A stretch of DNA of 64,000 nucleotides, from the NCBI GenBank assembly GCA_965205015.1, contig OZ242029.1, positions 224,001 through 288,000 of the forward strand, read 5' to 3'. The translations under genes and the position numbers were made by a program. Shown one piece after another: positions 1 through 9,062 of this stretch. Source of the stretch: Candidatus Poribacteria bacterium (GTDB lineage Bacteria > Poribacteria > WGA-4E > WGA-3G). The notes beneath the pieces are model-generated. The model was given only the letters and a program-made list of their open reading frames with translations, made no database searches and was not told the DNA's origin. Every line of letters begins with the position of its first letter. The stretch's first letter is position 1.

Positions 1-1820
1 GTTTCAGGAGCCTGGATTCGGCTCAACACCTTGACAGCATTCGCGCGTAGGACCGGACTGGTCTCGTCACTAAACATCAGAAGTAGCATCGATTGTGTCG
101 CTTCTTCAGGCTTGAGCCGCCAGAGTGCCGTCAGAGCCGCAATGCGTAAGGTCTCGCGCATATTTTTTTCCATCGCTACGAGAATCAACTTTTGAACGGC
201 ATCTTCTGTAGATACATCGATTTTTCCGAGTGCCTCTGCTGCGTTTGTCGCGGTCGTGTCGTCATAGGAGAGCGCGTTCGTGAGCGCGATGACTGCCCTT
301 TTATTTTCGCCACGTGCCCGCATATTACCAAGCCCGACCGCTGCGAGTGCCTTCACCTCTTTGTATGGATCGTTGTCCAATGCTTCAATGAGCGGAACAA
401 TTGCGCGCCGGTCCCCGATTTGTCCGAGCGCATCTGCGACCTTCACTCGGATTTCGTCTGTGCCGTTTTTGAGTGCGTCGATCATCGGTAACACAGCAAC
501 GCCGCGCATTTCGACGAGTGCCACCAACGCTTCATCTTGCAAATCCTCGTTTTCCAAGGCATCTATGAGCGGCTCTACACCGTCTCCCGATTTGAGCAAT
601 CCGAGTGCTTGGATCGCGGCTGATAAGGTCCCGATCCTATATTTTTTCATCCATAAACTATCAATATAAGCACTCGCAATGTACCGGTATTCTGCGGCAA
701 ACCCGATGTCCTCATCGGGAATAAGGTTTCGCGCACCAGTGCCCAACACCTCAAGTAGTGGGGCGACGGCGGGGTCCCCTATACGATTCAGCGCATCTAC
801 AGCGGTATCCTTGACATAAGTGTTCGGATCTGCGAGAAGTCGGACGAGATCGGGAATAGCCGTTTCCGCTTGGATGCTCCCGAGGAGTTTCGCGGCGTGC
901 ATGCGTACCTGGGCACTGTTGTTTCTGAGGGCGAGTTGGAGTCCCGGCACAATAGCTGCAGCTAGGGGCGAGGTCACCTCGCCCCTACTCCCCATTGATC
1001 GCTCAAGCGCGACAATTGCTCTGTAGGCAACTTCAGGATCATTTTTCGCTTCGGAAACCAAGGCTTCTTCAAAAATTGGGATAAGTTCAGGATTTCGCAT
1101 CGCCCCGAGATAACGGACAGCCTCTTTTTGTATGGCGGTATCCTTATGGCGCATTGCCTGCCGTAAGCGCTCAACAACCGCTTCTCCATCTCCGAGTTTC
1201 GCTTTGAGTTCAGAGACCGCCGTGAGCACGTTAGGTTGATAGCATTTTTCTGCGGCTAAAAGCCCTATAACGACAGCCGCATCCGCATGTGCTACGAGGT
1301 CAGAGAGCAATTCTGGACGCTTTTTGACGGCTTCAGCGAGCGACACAGCGAAGAGTCCAGAGATAGAATTCTGCGAGCGGACAAGTCTTTCTTGTCGATC
1401 AAGTTCGTCAGAATCCGGATCCTCTTGCAACGAGATCGCGAGGATGTCCGCCGTGAGCGTTTCAAGATAAACGTTCGATTGTGCAATCGCTTGGTGCCAC
1501 CGTTCTGTCTCGGTACGCGTCCGGTTTTGCAGGAAAGCCTTCAGATGTCGCGCTTCCTGATTCCCAGCGTCTATCTTCTGGACCGCCGCTTGTGCAGCAA
1601 CATAATCTCCGCGAACAATAGCCGCTCGCGCTTCAATAATGTCTCTGTTCTCTTTCTCACCACACCCTAAACTTATGACGAGGGCAATAGCGACAATGAG
1701 TGAGAAATGGATTTTTTTAATTATTAAATCTGGGCACCGCTTCATTAAATTTCGCGGTGGTCTTCGGTGAATCCCAACTACATCTGAGACTCGAACGTCA
1801 CTTTTGAGGCGTTGCTTCAT
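1..1820 (-). CDS. HEAT/armadillo-repeat lipoprotein, partial (runs off the left edge)
   Basis: Not in the ORF track. Manual translation from ATG 1820 (GGAGA upstream) gives MKQRLK...LIVAIALVISLGC (lipobox), then helical repeats such as IQKEAVRYLGAMRNPELIPIFEEAL and VAYRAIVALE. Only the N-terminal part was translated. Confidence 0.75.
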   Translation of the reverse strand, partial: MKQRLKSDVRVSDVVGIHRRPPRNLMKRCPDLIIKKIHFSLIVAIALVISLGCGEKENRDIIEARAAIVRGDYVAAQAAVQKIDAGNQEARHLKAFLQNRTRTETERWHQAIAQSNVYLETLTADILAISLQEDPDSDELDRQERLVRSQNSISGLFAVSLAEAVKKRPELLSDLVAHADAAVVIGLLAAEKCYQPNVLTAVSELKAKLGDGEAVVERLRQAMRHKDTAIQKEAVRYLGAMRNPELIPIFEEALVSEAKNDPEVAYRAIVALERSMGSRGEVTSPLAAAIVPGLQLALRNNSAQVRMHAAKLLGSIQAETAIPDLVRLLADPNTYVKDTAVDALNRIGDPAVAPLLEVLGTGARNLIPDEDIGFAAEYRYIASAYIDSLWMKKYRIGTLSAAIQALGLLKSGDGVEPLIDALENEDLQDEALVALVEMRGVAVLPMIDALKNGTDEIRVKVADALGQIGDRRAIVPLIEALDNDPYKEVKALAAVGLGNMRARGENKRAVIALTNALSYDDTTATNAAEALGKIDVSTEDAVQKLILVAMEKNMRETLRIAALTALWRLKPEEATQSMLLLMFSDETSPVLRANAVKVLSRIQAPE

Positions 1821-1874
1821 GGGTCTCTCCAGTCGTATTAACAGCAGGCTTAGATATCCTTTCAAGTGCTTTTT

Positions 1875-4800
1875 TTAAGTTCCAGCGATTACGAGTTTCG
1901 TCAGATCCGCGACAGCATAGATATTCTGTCCGATTCGGTTCAATAACGCCAATCGATTCGAGCGCAGTGATGGCGCCTCCGCCATAACCAAAACATCATC
2001 AAAAAATGTGTCTATTGCGGGTTGTAAAGCGGCGAGTTGCGTCAGCAGTTTCACGTAGTCGCGTTCCTGAAGGCTTTGCTGGAAACCGAGTTCTGCTTCG
2101 GTAATACAGGCATACAACTGTTTCTCAGCATCGTCGTGCAGGAGCGCAGCGTCTACAGTTTCTGGCGCATCCGGCGGTAAAATTCTTAGCACTCGATTGA
2201 GTGCATTATACACTTCCTCAAAATTTGGTGTCAAGCGAAATTCAGCGACTGCGCTAACGCGCTTGAGAATATCAACGACATTAACATCACCGACCTCCAA
2301 GACAGCATCAATAAGATCGGGTGTGTAATGCTGTGTTTGCACGTTTAAATATTGGCGTGCCAACTCCGGCAAGATCAAGACACTCCGTAGACGCTCCCTG
2401 ATAAAACTGAGGACGCTCGTTTGTGTATCTGCCGTCAATGCCACAGCATATAAGGAAACAGCCTTCTCAACGACCGCATCTATTGAGATTGATAACTGTT
2501 GCCGCTGGAGGATTCGGATTGTGCCGAGGGCATGCCGTCTTAACGAGTAAGGGTCTTGCGAACCGGTGGGGCGCTCTTCTATACCGAAGTATCCGACAAT
2601 AGTGTCAAGCTTATCGGCAATCGAAACAAGCACACCGACTTCGGTTTCGGGTAAAGGTGTATCAGCACCGATCGGTTGGTAATGCTCAGCAATAGCGGTC
2701 GCGACAGGTGCCGCTTCTCCACTATTCTCGGCGTAATATTTGCCGGTAATTCCCTGTAATGATGGAAATTCAATAACCATCTGCGTCGTTAAATCTGCTT
2801 TACAGAGCCACGCTGCGCGTTCTGCATGACGAACGGTCATTTCGGGGACTTGCAACGCTGCCCCGATAAACTGAACTAACGCTTTAAGCCGATCGGCTTT
2901 ATCCAAGAGTGAACCGAGTTTAGCGTGGAAGACAACCGCGTCTAAACGTTCAACCTTATCGGCGAGGCTGGTTTTCTGGTCCTCGCTATAGAAGAACTCT
3001 GCATCGTTGAGTCTGGCGTGGAGGACGCGCTCATTCCCGTGCCGTACCCCGTCAATATTGCCGTCTGTCCCGTTGGAAATCGTAATAAACTTCGGGGCAA
3101 GGACGGACTCACTTTTCCACATTGGAAAATAGCGTTGATGTTTCTTCATCGCCGTAATCAGCACTTCAGACGGTATCTCCAAATGTGATTCACTAAAATT
3201 GCCGACGATCGGTTGCGGGTTCTCGACGAGATAGTTCACTGTATCCAGCAATTCTTCATCCAATTTGGGAAGACATCCTTCGACCTCGAAAACGTCCCTC
3301 ACCTGTTTCTCGATCGTGTTCCTGCGCTCTTTCGGGCAGACAACAACGTCAACAGCACGCAGTTTTTCAACATAAGTGCCTAAGTCAGCAGAGGTTAAAG
3401 TTATCGGTTCAGGATGTAATGCGCGATGCCCGTAGGTTAACCGTCCTGCGTGAGTGGCACCGTAAGTGCAATCAATAACCGCATCTCCCAGTAAAGCAAC
3501 GAGCCATCGAATCGGACGCGCAAACCGTGCGAACGCTTGCGGTTCTTCGGCGTCGGTCTCCCAGCGCATGGTTTTCAGAAAACGGAGTGCTTCAATCCAT
3601 TCAATCAACAACGTTTTCAAGATTTCTCGTGTCGGGACTCCCGTTTCGAGTTTGGAGGCAGCGACATATTCCCCGCGCTCGGTCTCAACGATGCGGAGTG
3701 CCGAGAGTTCAACCCCTTGCGTCTTGGCAAAGCCGATTGCGGCTTTTGTCGGTTCGCCGTTTTCATCATAGGCGATACGCTTGGGGGGTCCCACGACCTC
3801 CGTCTCTTGGCTTTCCTGAAGCGTCTTTATGTCCTTGATACTGAGCGTAATACGACGCGGTGTGCCGAGCGTTTCAACTTCGCCAAACGGGACCCTGTGG
3901 TTCGTAAGGGATTCAGTCGCGAGTTCGCGTAGCTGTTCAAGGACAGGCGGAACATAACTCGCCGGTATCTCTTCCGTGCCGATTTCAAAGAGGAGGTCAG
4001 CCGTCTCTCGTTCCTTATCAGATTCAGTGCGATTAGAAACCGCACCTACCGTCGTGGAGGTTGTTTCTACGTTAAAACGTCCCATGAGGGGATGTTCCAT
4101 CTCTTCCCGCTGTTTGACATAGGCGCGTGCTATCCGCTGTGCGAGCCGTCGGACACGTTCAATGTAACTTACCCGCTCTGTGACACTGATGACCCCACGC
4201 GCATCTAACATGTTGAAGGTATGCGAGCATTTCAAGACATGATCGGTTGCCGGTAGCACTAACCCTGCATCTAAACATGCGTGGGTCTCCTTCTCATACG
4301 TGCTAAACAACGCAAAAAGCATGTCTACATCCGCACGTTCAAAGTTGTAAGTCGAGTATTCCACCTCGCTTTGCCGGTGGACGTCACCGTAATTGACGTG
4401 TTCATTCCAACGGATGTCAAAAAAGTCGTCAACATCCTGCAAATAGAGCGCGATGCGCTCAAGCCCGTAGGTAATCTCAGCACATATCGGGTCGAGATCA
4501 ATACTCCCCATCTGTTGGAAGTAGGTAAATTGTGTGACTTCTGCACCGTTCCACCAGACTTCCCAGCCGAGTCCAGACGCACCGAGCGTCGGCGATTCCC
4601 AGTCGTCTTCTACAAATCGGATATCGTTTTTACGAGGAGAGATACCGAGACTATAGAGGCTCTCAAGGTAGAGCGGAAGCACATTCTCAGGTGCTGGTTT
4701 GAGTATCACCTGATACTGATAATATGCCCCGACACGGAAAGGGTTTTCGGCATATCTACCGTCGGTTGGGCGTCGGACGGGTTCTACATACGCCACTCGC

Positions 4801-4943
4801 CACGGTTCTGGACCGAGGCATCGCAAAAATGTTGCGGGATTAAATGTACCTGCACCGACTTCTATATCGCACGGTTGCTGGATGATGCACCCGTGGTCTG
4901 CCCAAAATTTCTCTAACGCTAATATTATTTCTTGAAGAGTCAT
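1875..4943 (-). CDS. glyQS: Glycine--tRNA ligase, fused alpha+beta subunits
   Basis: Alpha motifs ([43 protein letters not shown]) followed in frame by beta motifs ([45 protein letters not shown]). Start taken at MTLQEII. Confidence 0.95.
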   Translation of the reverse strand: MTLQEIILALEKFWADHGCIIQQPCDIEVGAGTFNPATFLRCLGPEPWRVAYVEPVRRPTDGRYAENPFRVGAYYQYQVILKPAPENVLPLYLESLYSLGISPRKNDIRFVEDDWESPTLGASGLGWEVWWNGAEVTQFTYFQQMGSIDLDPICAEITYGLERIALYLQDVDDFFDIRWNEHVNYGDVHRQSEVEYSTYNFERADVDMLFALFSTYEKETHACLDAGLVLPATDHVLKCSHTFNMLDARGVISVTERVSYIERVRRLAQRIARAYVKQREEMEHPLMGRFNVETTSTTVGAVSNRTESDKERETADLLFEIGTEEIPASYVPPVLEQLRELATESLTNHRVPFGEVETLGTPRRITLSIKDIKTLQESQETEVVGPPKRIAYDENGEPTKAAIGFAKTQGVELSALRIVETERGEYVAASKLETGVPTREILKTLLIEWIEALRFLKTMRWETDAEEPQAFARFARPIRWLVALLGDAVIDCTYGATHAGRLTYGHRALHPEPITLTSADLGTYVEKLRAVDVVVCPKERRNTIEKQVRDVFEVEGCLPKLDEELLDTVNYLVENPQPIVGNFSESHLEIPSEVLITAMKKHQRYFPMWKSESVLAPKFITISNGTDGNIDGVRHGNERVLHARLNDAEFFYSEDQKTSLADKVERLDAVVFHAKLGSLLDKADRLKALVQFIGAALQVPEMTVRHAERAAWLCKADLTTQMVIEFPSLQGITGKYYAENSGEAAPVATAIAEHYQPIGADTPLPETEVGVLVSIADKLDTIVGYFGIEERPTGSQDPYSLRRHALGTIRILQRQQLSISIDAVVEKAVSLYAVALTADTQTSVLSFIRERLRSVLILPELARQYLNVQTQHYTPDLIDAVLEVGDVNVVDILKRVSAVAEFRLTPNFEEVYNALNRVLRILPPDAPETVDAALLHDDAEKQLYACITEAELGFQQSLQERDYVKLLTQLAALQPAIDTFFDDVLVMAEAPSLRSNRLALLNRIGQNIYAVADLTKLVIAGT
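4026..4049 (-). repeat. REP-like hairpin inside the glyQS linker
   Basis: Minus strand reads GTAG-GTGCGGTT-TCT-AATCGCAC; translated as VGAVSNRT. Confidence 0.6.
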
Positions 4944-5437
4944 ATCTGTTTTTCTTTTCACGCTCCGTTCCGATTTATTCTCATTCATTTTAACATAAAT
5001 AGATTTCTTTACGCAATAGATTTTCACAGAGGCTTGTTTACATTATCTAATTGGAACCTCATCAGAGAATTTCACAGTAAGCTTTTGAGAAAGCATCTAC
5101 GTTACCCTCACAGAACCCAGTCGTGGTATGGGTTCATAGTCTCTTGGGAAGCGTTGCATTTTTTGGGGTTTACTGTGAAAGTATAAAATTGTGAAGTTTG
5201 ATTTAACCTTTAGCAATCCAGTCACAGTGTGGGTTTATCGGCTATCGATAGTGTCACGAGATTTTGGGTTTACTGTGAAAATATCGATATGTTGAAATTT
5301 ACATAACAGAATGCGTAATACTTTCTGTCTGAACCGTGGATTTCTGCGGGCTACGGAATGGAAAGGTGGAAGATTGGGGATGCGTCCGGGTTGGGAATCC
5401 TCCATAAGCCCCTACAGTGGATGTGCTGCATACTTTT

Positions 5438-5680
5438 TCAAACTGGGGGATCTAAAAGTTGTGATCGGTTGACGGGAAATTGGAATCCGTACCGCTCAAC
5501 TATCCGTTCAAGCGTCCTTGGAATCCATTCCTCAGCATGTGGTGATACAATTACTTTGCTATTTTCACCAATCAATGTTTGAACATTAATTTTAAGAGGT
5601 TTGCCAAACTCATAAGAGACATCACGTGGAATTGATGAAATATCAATGATCGCACGCACTTCATGAAATTGCTCTTTCAC
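5438..5680 (-). pseudogene. Probable C-terminal remnant of a DUF2971-like protein
   Basis: HEVRAII...LKINVQTLI...VIVSPHAEEWI...IVERYG resembles DUF2971-type C-termini as recalled; low GC; no credible N-terminus. Confidence 0.35.
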
Positions 5681-6252
5681 TTTCTCGAGAAATCTCTAAA
5701 TGCATTACGAGTATTCATGGCTATAGATTCAATGGTTCCGAGATCAAAAGTCATCATATCAGTTTCTTCAAATTCAGTCCTGACACTTTTTGACATCATG
5801 GCATATATGAACTTGTGAGATCTGAACCAGTTATCTATATTATTCATATCAGGAATTTCATCTTCTACCACTCTCATTCTAACCGTGTATTCATCAAGAG
5901 CCAAATGCCTCAGAAAATTTAAACCCAACAATCCTTTTATTGGCGAATTTCCAGGGAGGTCGTGACACAAGACATCAATGTTCTCAATAGTCTCTCCAAC
6001 CGCGGTCAGCTTCCGAACAGTGATGAGTTTGGCGAAGGCAGAACCGCTCGCGGTGAGCAGTTGGACTCGCTCTTTTGGGTTTAACAGGTCATATCCTAAA
6101 GCGATAGCCACTTGTGACGGAATAATGGTAATTGTGGCCCCGGTATCTAAAGCTACAGGCACATTTCGGAAGGCATCTGTGTTGACATCGCCGACTTGAA
6201 GGCGAAGGATAATTGACTCGCTTGAGGGATTAAAGGAGACGTATCCCATCAC
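5677..6252 (-). CDS. Retropepsin-like (clan AA) aspartic protease with an unrelated C-terminal tail
   Basis: ALDTGATIT catalytic motif and GLLGLNFL motif; sequence after about aa 116 is low-GC and unlike the family. Confidence 0.75.
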   Translation of the reverse strand: MMGYVSFNPSSESIILRLQVGDVNTDAFRNVPVALDTGATITIIPSQVAIALGYDLLNPKERVQLLTASGSAFAKLITVRKLTAVGETIENIDVLCHDLPGNSPIKGLLGLNFLRHLALDEYTVRMRVVEDEIPDMNNIDNWFRSHKFIYAMMSKSVRTEFEETDMMTFDLGTIESIAMNTRNAFRDFSRK

Positions 6253-6482
6253 AAAAGGAAACCTCCTATTCCGTCTGGCAGAAGTTTACCTGTATAATGT
6301 ATGGCTGCGCCGCCTTTGTAGTGCCTTGAGGCATCATGAATATCATCTTCAGATCTGCTATGAACAGCAACAACCCCTGATAACAGCTCGGTATTCTCGC
6401 TGATTTCACAATCCACGATGAACAGCCATTCGTCAGGGTATTTCTGCTCCATCTCTTCAAGGGTCATGCGTTCGTTAGACAT
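6249..6482 (-). CDS. Small acidic protein (DUF5678-like) coupled to the aspartic protease
   Basis: EEMEQKYPDEWLFIVD...GVVAVHS; AAGGAGG RBS; 4-nt overlap with the protease gene. Confidence 0.65.
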   Translation of the reverse strand: MSNERMTLEEMEQKYPDEWLFIVDCEISENTELLSGVVAVHSRSEDDIHDASRHYKGGAAIHYTGKLLPDGIGGFLL

Positions 6483-6542
6483 TTATGTTTCCTCCTTAAA
6501 TAAGGGAATACCTACAACACAAAATCTGCTAAAAGTGATAGC

Positions 6543-6572
6543 ATTATACCCTATTTTCGAGAGGCTTGTCAA
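6543..6572 (-). promoter_or_regulatory. sigma70-type promoter
   Basis: TTGACA-N18-TATAAT on the minus strand upstream of 6482. Confidence 0.65.
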
Positions 6573-6573
6573 A

Positions 6574-7974
6574 TCATTTTAAGAGGGACCAATCGGGTTC
6601 GTCCTCTGGATCGCCGAGGGGACCGTGGGCGTTGCGGACGATACGACGTTGCGCGTCATACCAATCCATGTAACGCGTCGCGGGCTGGAGTGTGTCGTTC
6701 CGGGCATCCATCAGGTTTGTGAGGGTGCTCTCCATTTCGTCCGCTAACGCTCCCGCTTCGGAGGCATCAATCAGATTGTTCATCTGCAAGGGATCCGCCT
6801 CCACGTCATACAGCATCCGTTTACCGTCGAACCAACGGGCGTAACTATGCGTTTTGGTCCGCACGCCGCGCCACTCGTTGCCATCAATGAGGTAATCGTA
6901 GGTCGATCCGAAGTTCATTGTCAAAACGGCATCCTGTTCAAAGGCATCAGCATTACCGCGCCAAGAGGCTGATAGATCGTAACCTTCAACAGTTCGCGGT
7001 GGCTGGATACCACATAATCCGCAGAGCGATGGGAACAGATCTACGGGGGAGGTGAGCGTGTCACAGGAGCGATTCCCCTCGAAAACGCCGGGCAGACGCA
7101 TCATCAGCGGCACTTTGATGGATTCCTCGTAAGGTTCCCGCTTCGCCCAGAAATTGATACCTTGCCCGCCGCCTTGTGTGCCGTGGTCAGATCCGAAAAC
7201 GAGCAGCGTGTTTTCGACACGTCCCGTTCTTTCAAGATACGCCATCAGTTCGCCGAGCATATCGTCCACTGTTAAGGTCATTGCGAGATAGTGGCGGTAA
7301 ATCTCTAACGATTGTTCTTTAACCGAATCAGGAACATTTTCCGGGAGTCGAAGTTCAGTGGGTAGCCGGTCATAGTATTCCGGTGGTGCAAACTCATAAG
7401 GCGTGGAGTGTGCTTGATGCGGAGAGATAAACAAACAGAACGGGGTATCATCATCCACGTTGTCCATGAATTGGAAGGCGTATCGGTTCAACGCATCCGT
7501 CTCGTAGCCCTCCCATTTTTCATTCCGCCAATCGTCGAGGTTTACCGTCCCGTTGAAATAGTCGGTGTGGAAGTTATAGCCGCGCCAATGTTGGAATCCA
7601 AGACGGTCGCGCCCTTCGGGGACGTAATCGCGTCCGCCGATCTCTGGAAATGAACCGGTGTGGAGATGCCATTTCCCAACCCATGCTGTTCGATAACTGT
7701 TTCTGCTGAAAACATCGCCGAGTCCGATCTCATCGTGCCGGGTCCTGACGAAATTAATGAGATGTCCAGTCGTCTGTGGGTGCCGTCCGGTGAGTAGCAT
7801 GGAACGGTAGGGGGTACAGACGGGCGCGGTAGCGATTGCGTTCGAAAAGACGGTGCCTTCCTGTGCAAGCCGGTCGATATTCGGTGTTTCGATCTGTGTA
7901 TCGCCGTATACCGGCAATGAGCACGCACGAATCTGATCTGCCAGAAGATAAACGATGTTCGGTTTGTTTGTCAT
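6574..7974 (-). CDS. Sulfatase (formylglycine-dependent)
   Basis: KPNIVYLLADQ, CTPYRSMLLTG (CxPxR), GKWHL, SDHG. Confidence 0.92.
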   Translation of the reverse strand: MTNKPNIVYLLADQIRACSLPVYGDTQIETPNIDRLAQEGTVFSNAIATAPVCTPYRSMLLTGRHPQTTGHLINFVRTRHDEIGLGDVFSRNSYRTAWVGKWHLHTGSFPEIGGRDYVPEGRDRLGFQHWRGYNFHTDYFNGTVNLDDWRNEKWEGYETDALNRYAFQFMDNVDDDTPFCLFISPHQAHSTPYEFAPPEYYDRLPTELRLPENVPDSVKEQSLEIYRHYLAMTLTVDDMLGELMAYLERTGRVENTLLVFGSDHGTQGGGQGINFWAKREPYEESIKVPLMMRLPGVFEGNRSCDTLTSPVDLFPSLCGLCGIQPPRTVEGYDLSASWRGNADAFEQDAVLTMNFGSTYDYLIDGNEWRGVRTKTHSYARWFDGKRMLYDVEADPLQMNNLIDASEAGALADEMESTLTNLMDARNDTLQPATRYMDWYDAQRRIVRNAHGPLGDPEDEPDWSLLK

Positions 7975-7985
7975 ATTTGGTGTCC

Positions 7986-9050
7986 TTAAAATTGGAGCCC
8001 CATACTCACCCTATGTACCTGTTGTAGACGTCCGAAGTCAGCATAGGCATAATCGAGAGAAAGCACCCTTCTGCCAAGGTTCAGGTGGATACCCAAACCG
8101 AGTGTAAGCCCCTCTTCATCGTCGGCGCGGTCCTCACCCAACCGGAATTTGTACCCGCCACGAATCGCCGCCATTTTTCTGTACCAGTACTCCATGCCGA
8201 TGTTCAACCGTTCACTGTTGTCATTCGGATGATTGGCATCGAGGGCGAGGGTGAGAAGATTGCTACCGGAATCAACAATATCGTAGGCGAGTCCGAGCCG
8301 GAAATTGGAGGGTAGCGGGAACTCAATCGTCTCCAATTCTGCTTTCCGTGCTGGATTCGTTGTATCTGGAAACGGACGATAACTCGCTATCCTCGGGTCA
8401 CCCGCAACTTCTGCCCCGCTTGTCAAATCGGGACCGCCGAAGCGCATCTCCGGTCCAAAGTTCGAGAAACACATCCCGATCCGTAAACTTCGCCAGCCGG
8501 TATGGTATAAGGTGCCGACATCAATAGCAACACCTCTGGCACTTTCGCGGTGGATCTGCTGATGGATGTATTTCGCGTTAATACCGACAGACAACTTAAC
8601 GCCGGATTCCTGCTCGTAAAGTTGCCGGGCATACGCCAACGAAACAGCGGTATCATAAGCGGAATACCAGAGTCCCGTCCCGTCCGGTTTTGCGAGCGTG
8701 GTGATCTCCGTATCAGGGACGTTGAGAAATGTGACGCTCGCGCCCACGGTGCCGATGTTTTTTATGGGCGTTGCGAACGCCAGATAGTTATACCGGACAT
8801 CGGCAAGCCAGACGGTATGTGTGTCCGAAAAACTGGTTTTTTCGAGTTGGCTTATCCCTGCTGGGTTCCAATAGATGCTGGTTACGTCGTTGGCGAGCGC
8901 GCCAAACGCACCCCCGAGACTGTCTACCCGTGCCCCAGGACCGATTTTCAGAAACTGGGCACCCGCTGTGCCGACATTGGTGGTCGCCTGACTCGGAACA
9001 CTCCACAGTAAAAGAAGTATGAATAATAACGTGGAAATTATATGTCGCAT
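7986..9050 (-). CDS. PorV/PorQ-family outer-membrane beta-barrel
   Basis: Signal peptide; GAQFLKIGPGAR...SIYWNPAG N-terminal motif; amphipathic strands; C-terminal Phe. Confidence 0.85.
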   Translation of the reverse strand: MRHIISTLLFILLLLWSVPSQATTNVGTAGAQFLKIGPGARVDSLGGAFGALANDVTSIYWNPAGISQLEKTSFSDTHTVWLADVRYNYLAFATPIKNIGTVGASVTFLNVPDTEITTLAKPDGTGLWYSAYDTAVSLAYARQLYEQESGVKLSVGINAKYIHQQIHRESARGVAIDVGTLYHTGWRSLRIGMCFSNFGPEMRFGGPDLTSGAEVAGDPRIASYRPFPDTTNPARKAELETIEFPLPSNFRLGLAYDIVDSGSNLLTLALDANHPNDNSERLNIGMEYWYRKMAAIRGGYKFRLGEDRADDEEGLTLGLGIHLNLGRRVLSLDYAYADFGRLQQVHRVSMGLQF

Positions 9051-9062
9051 GTATTTCTCCTA

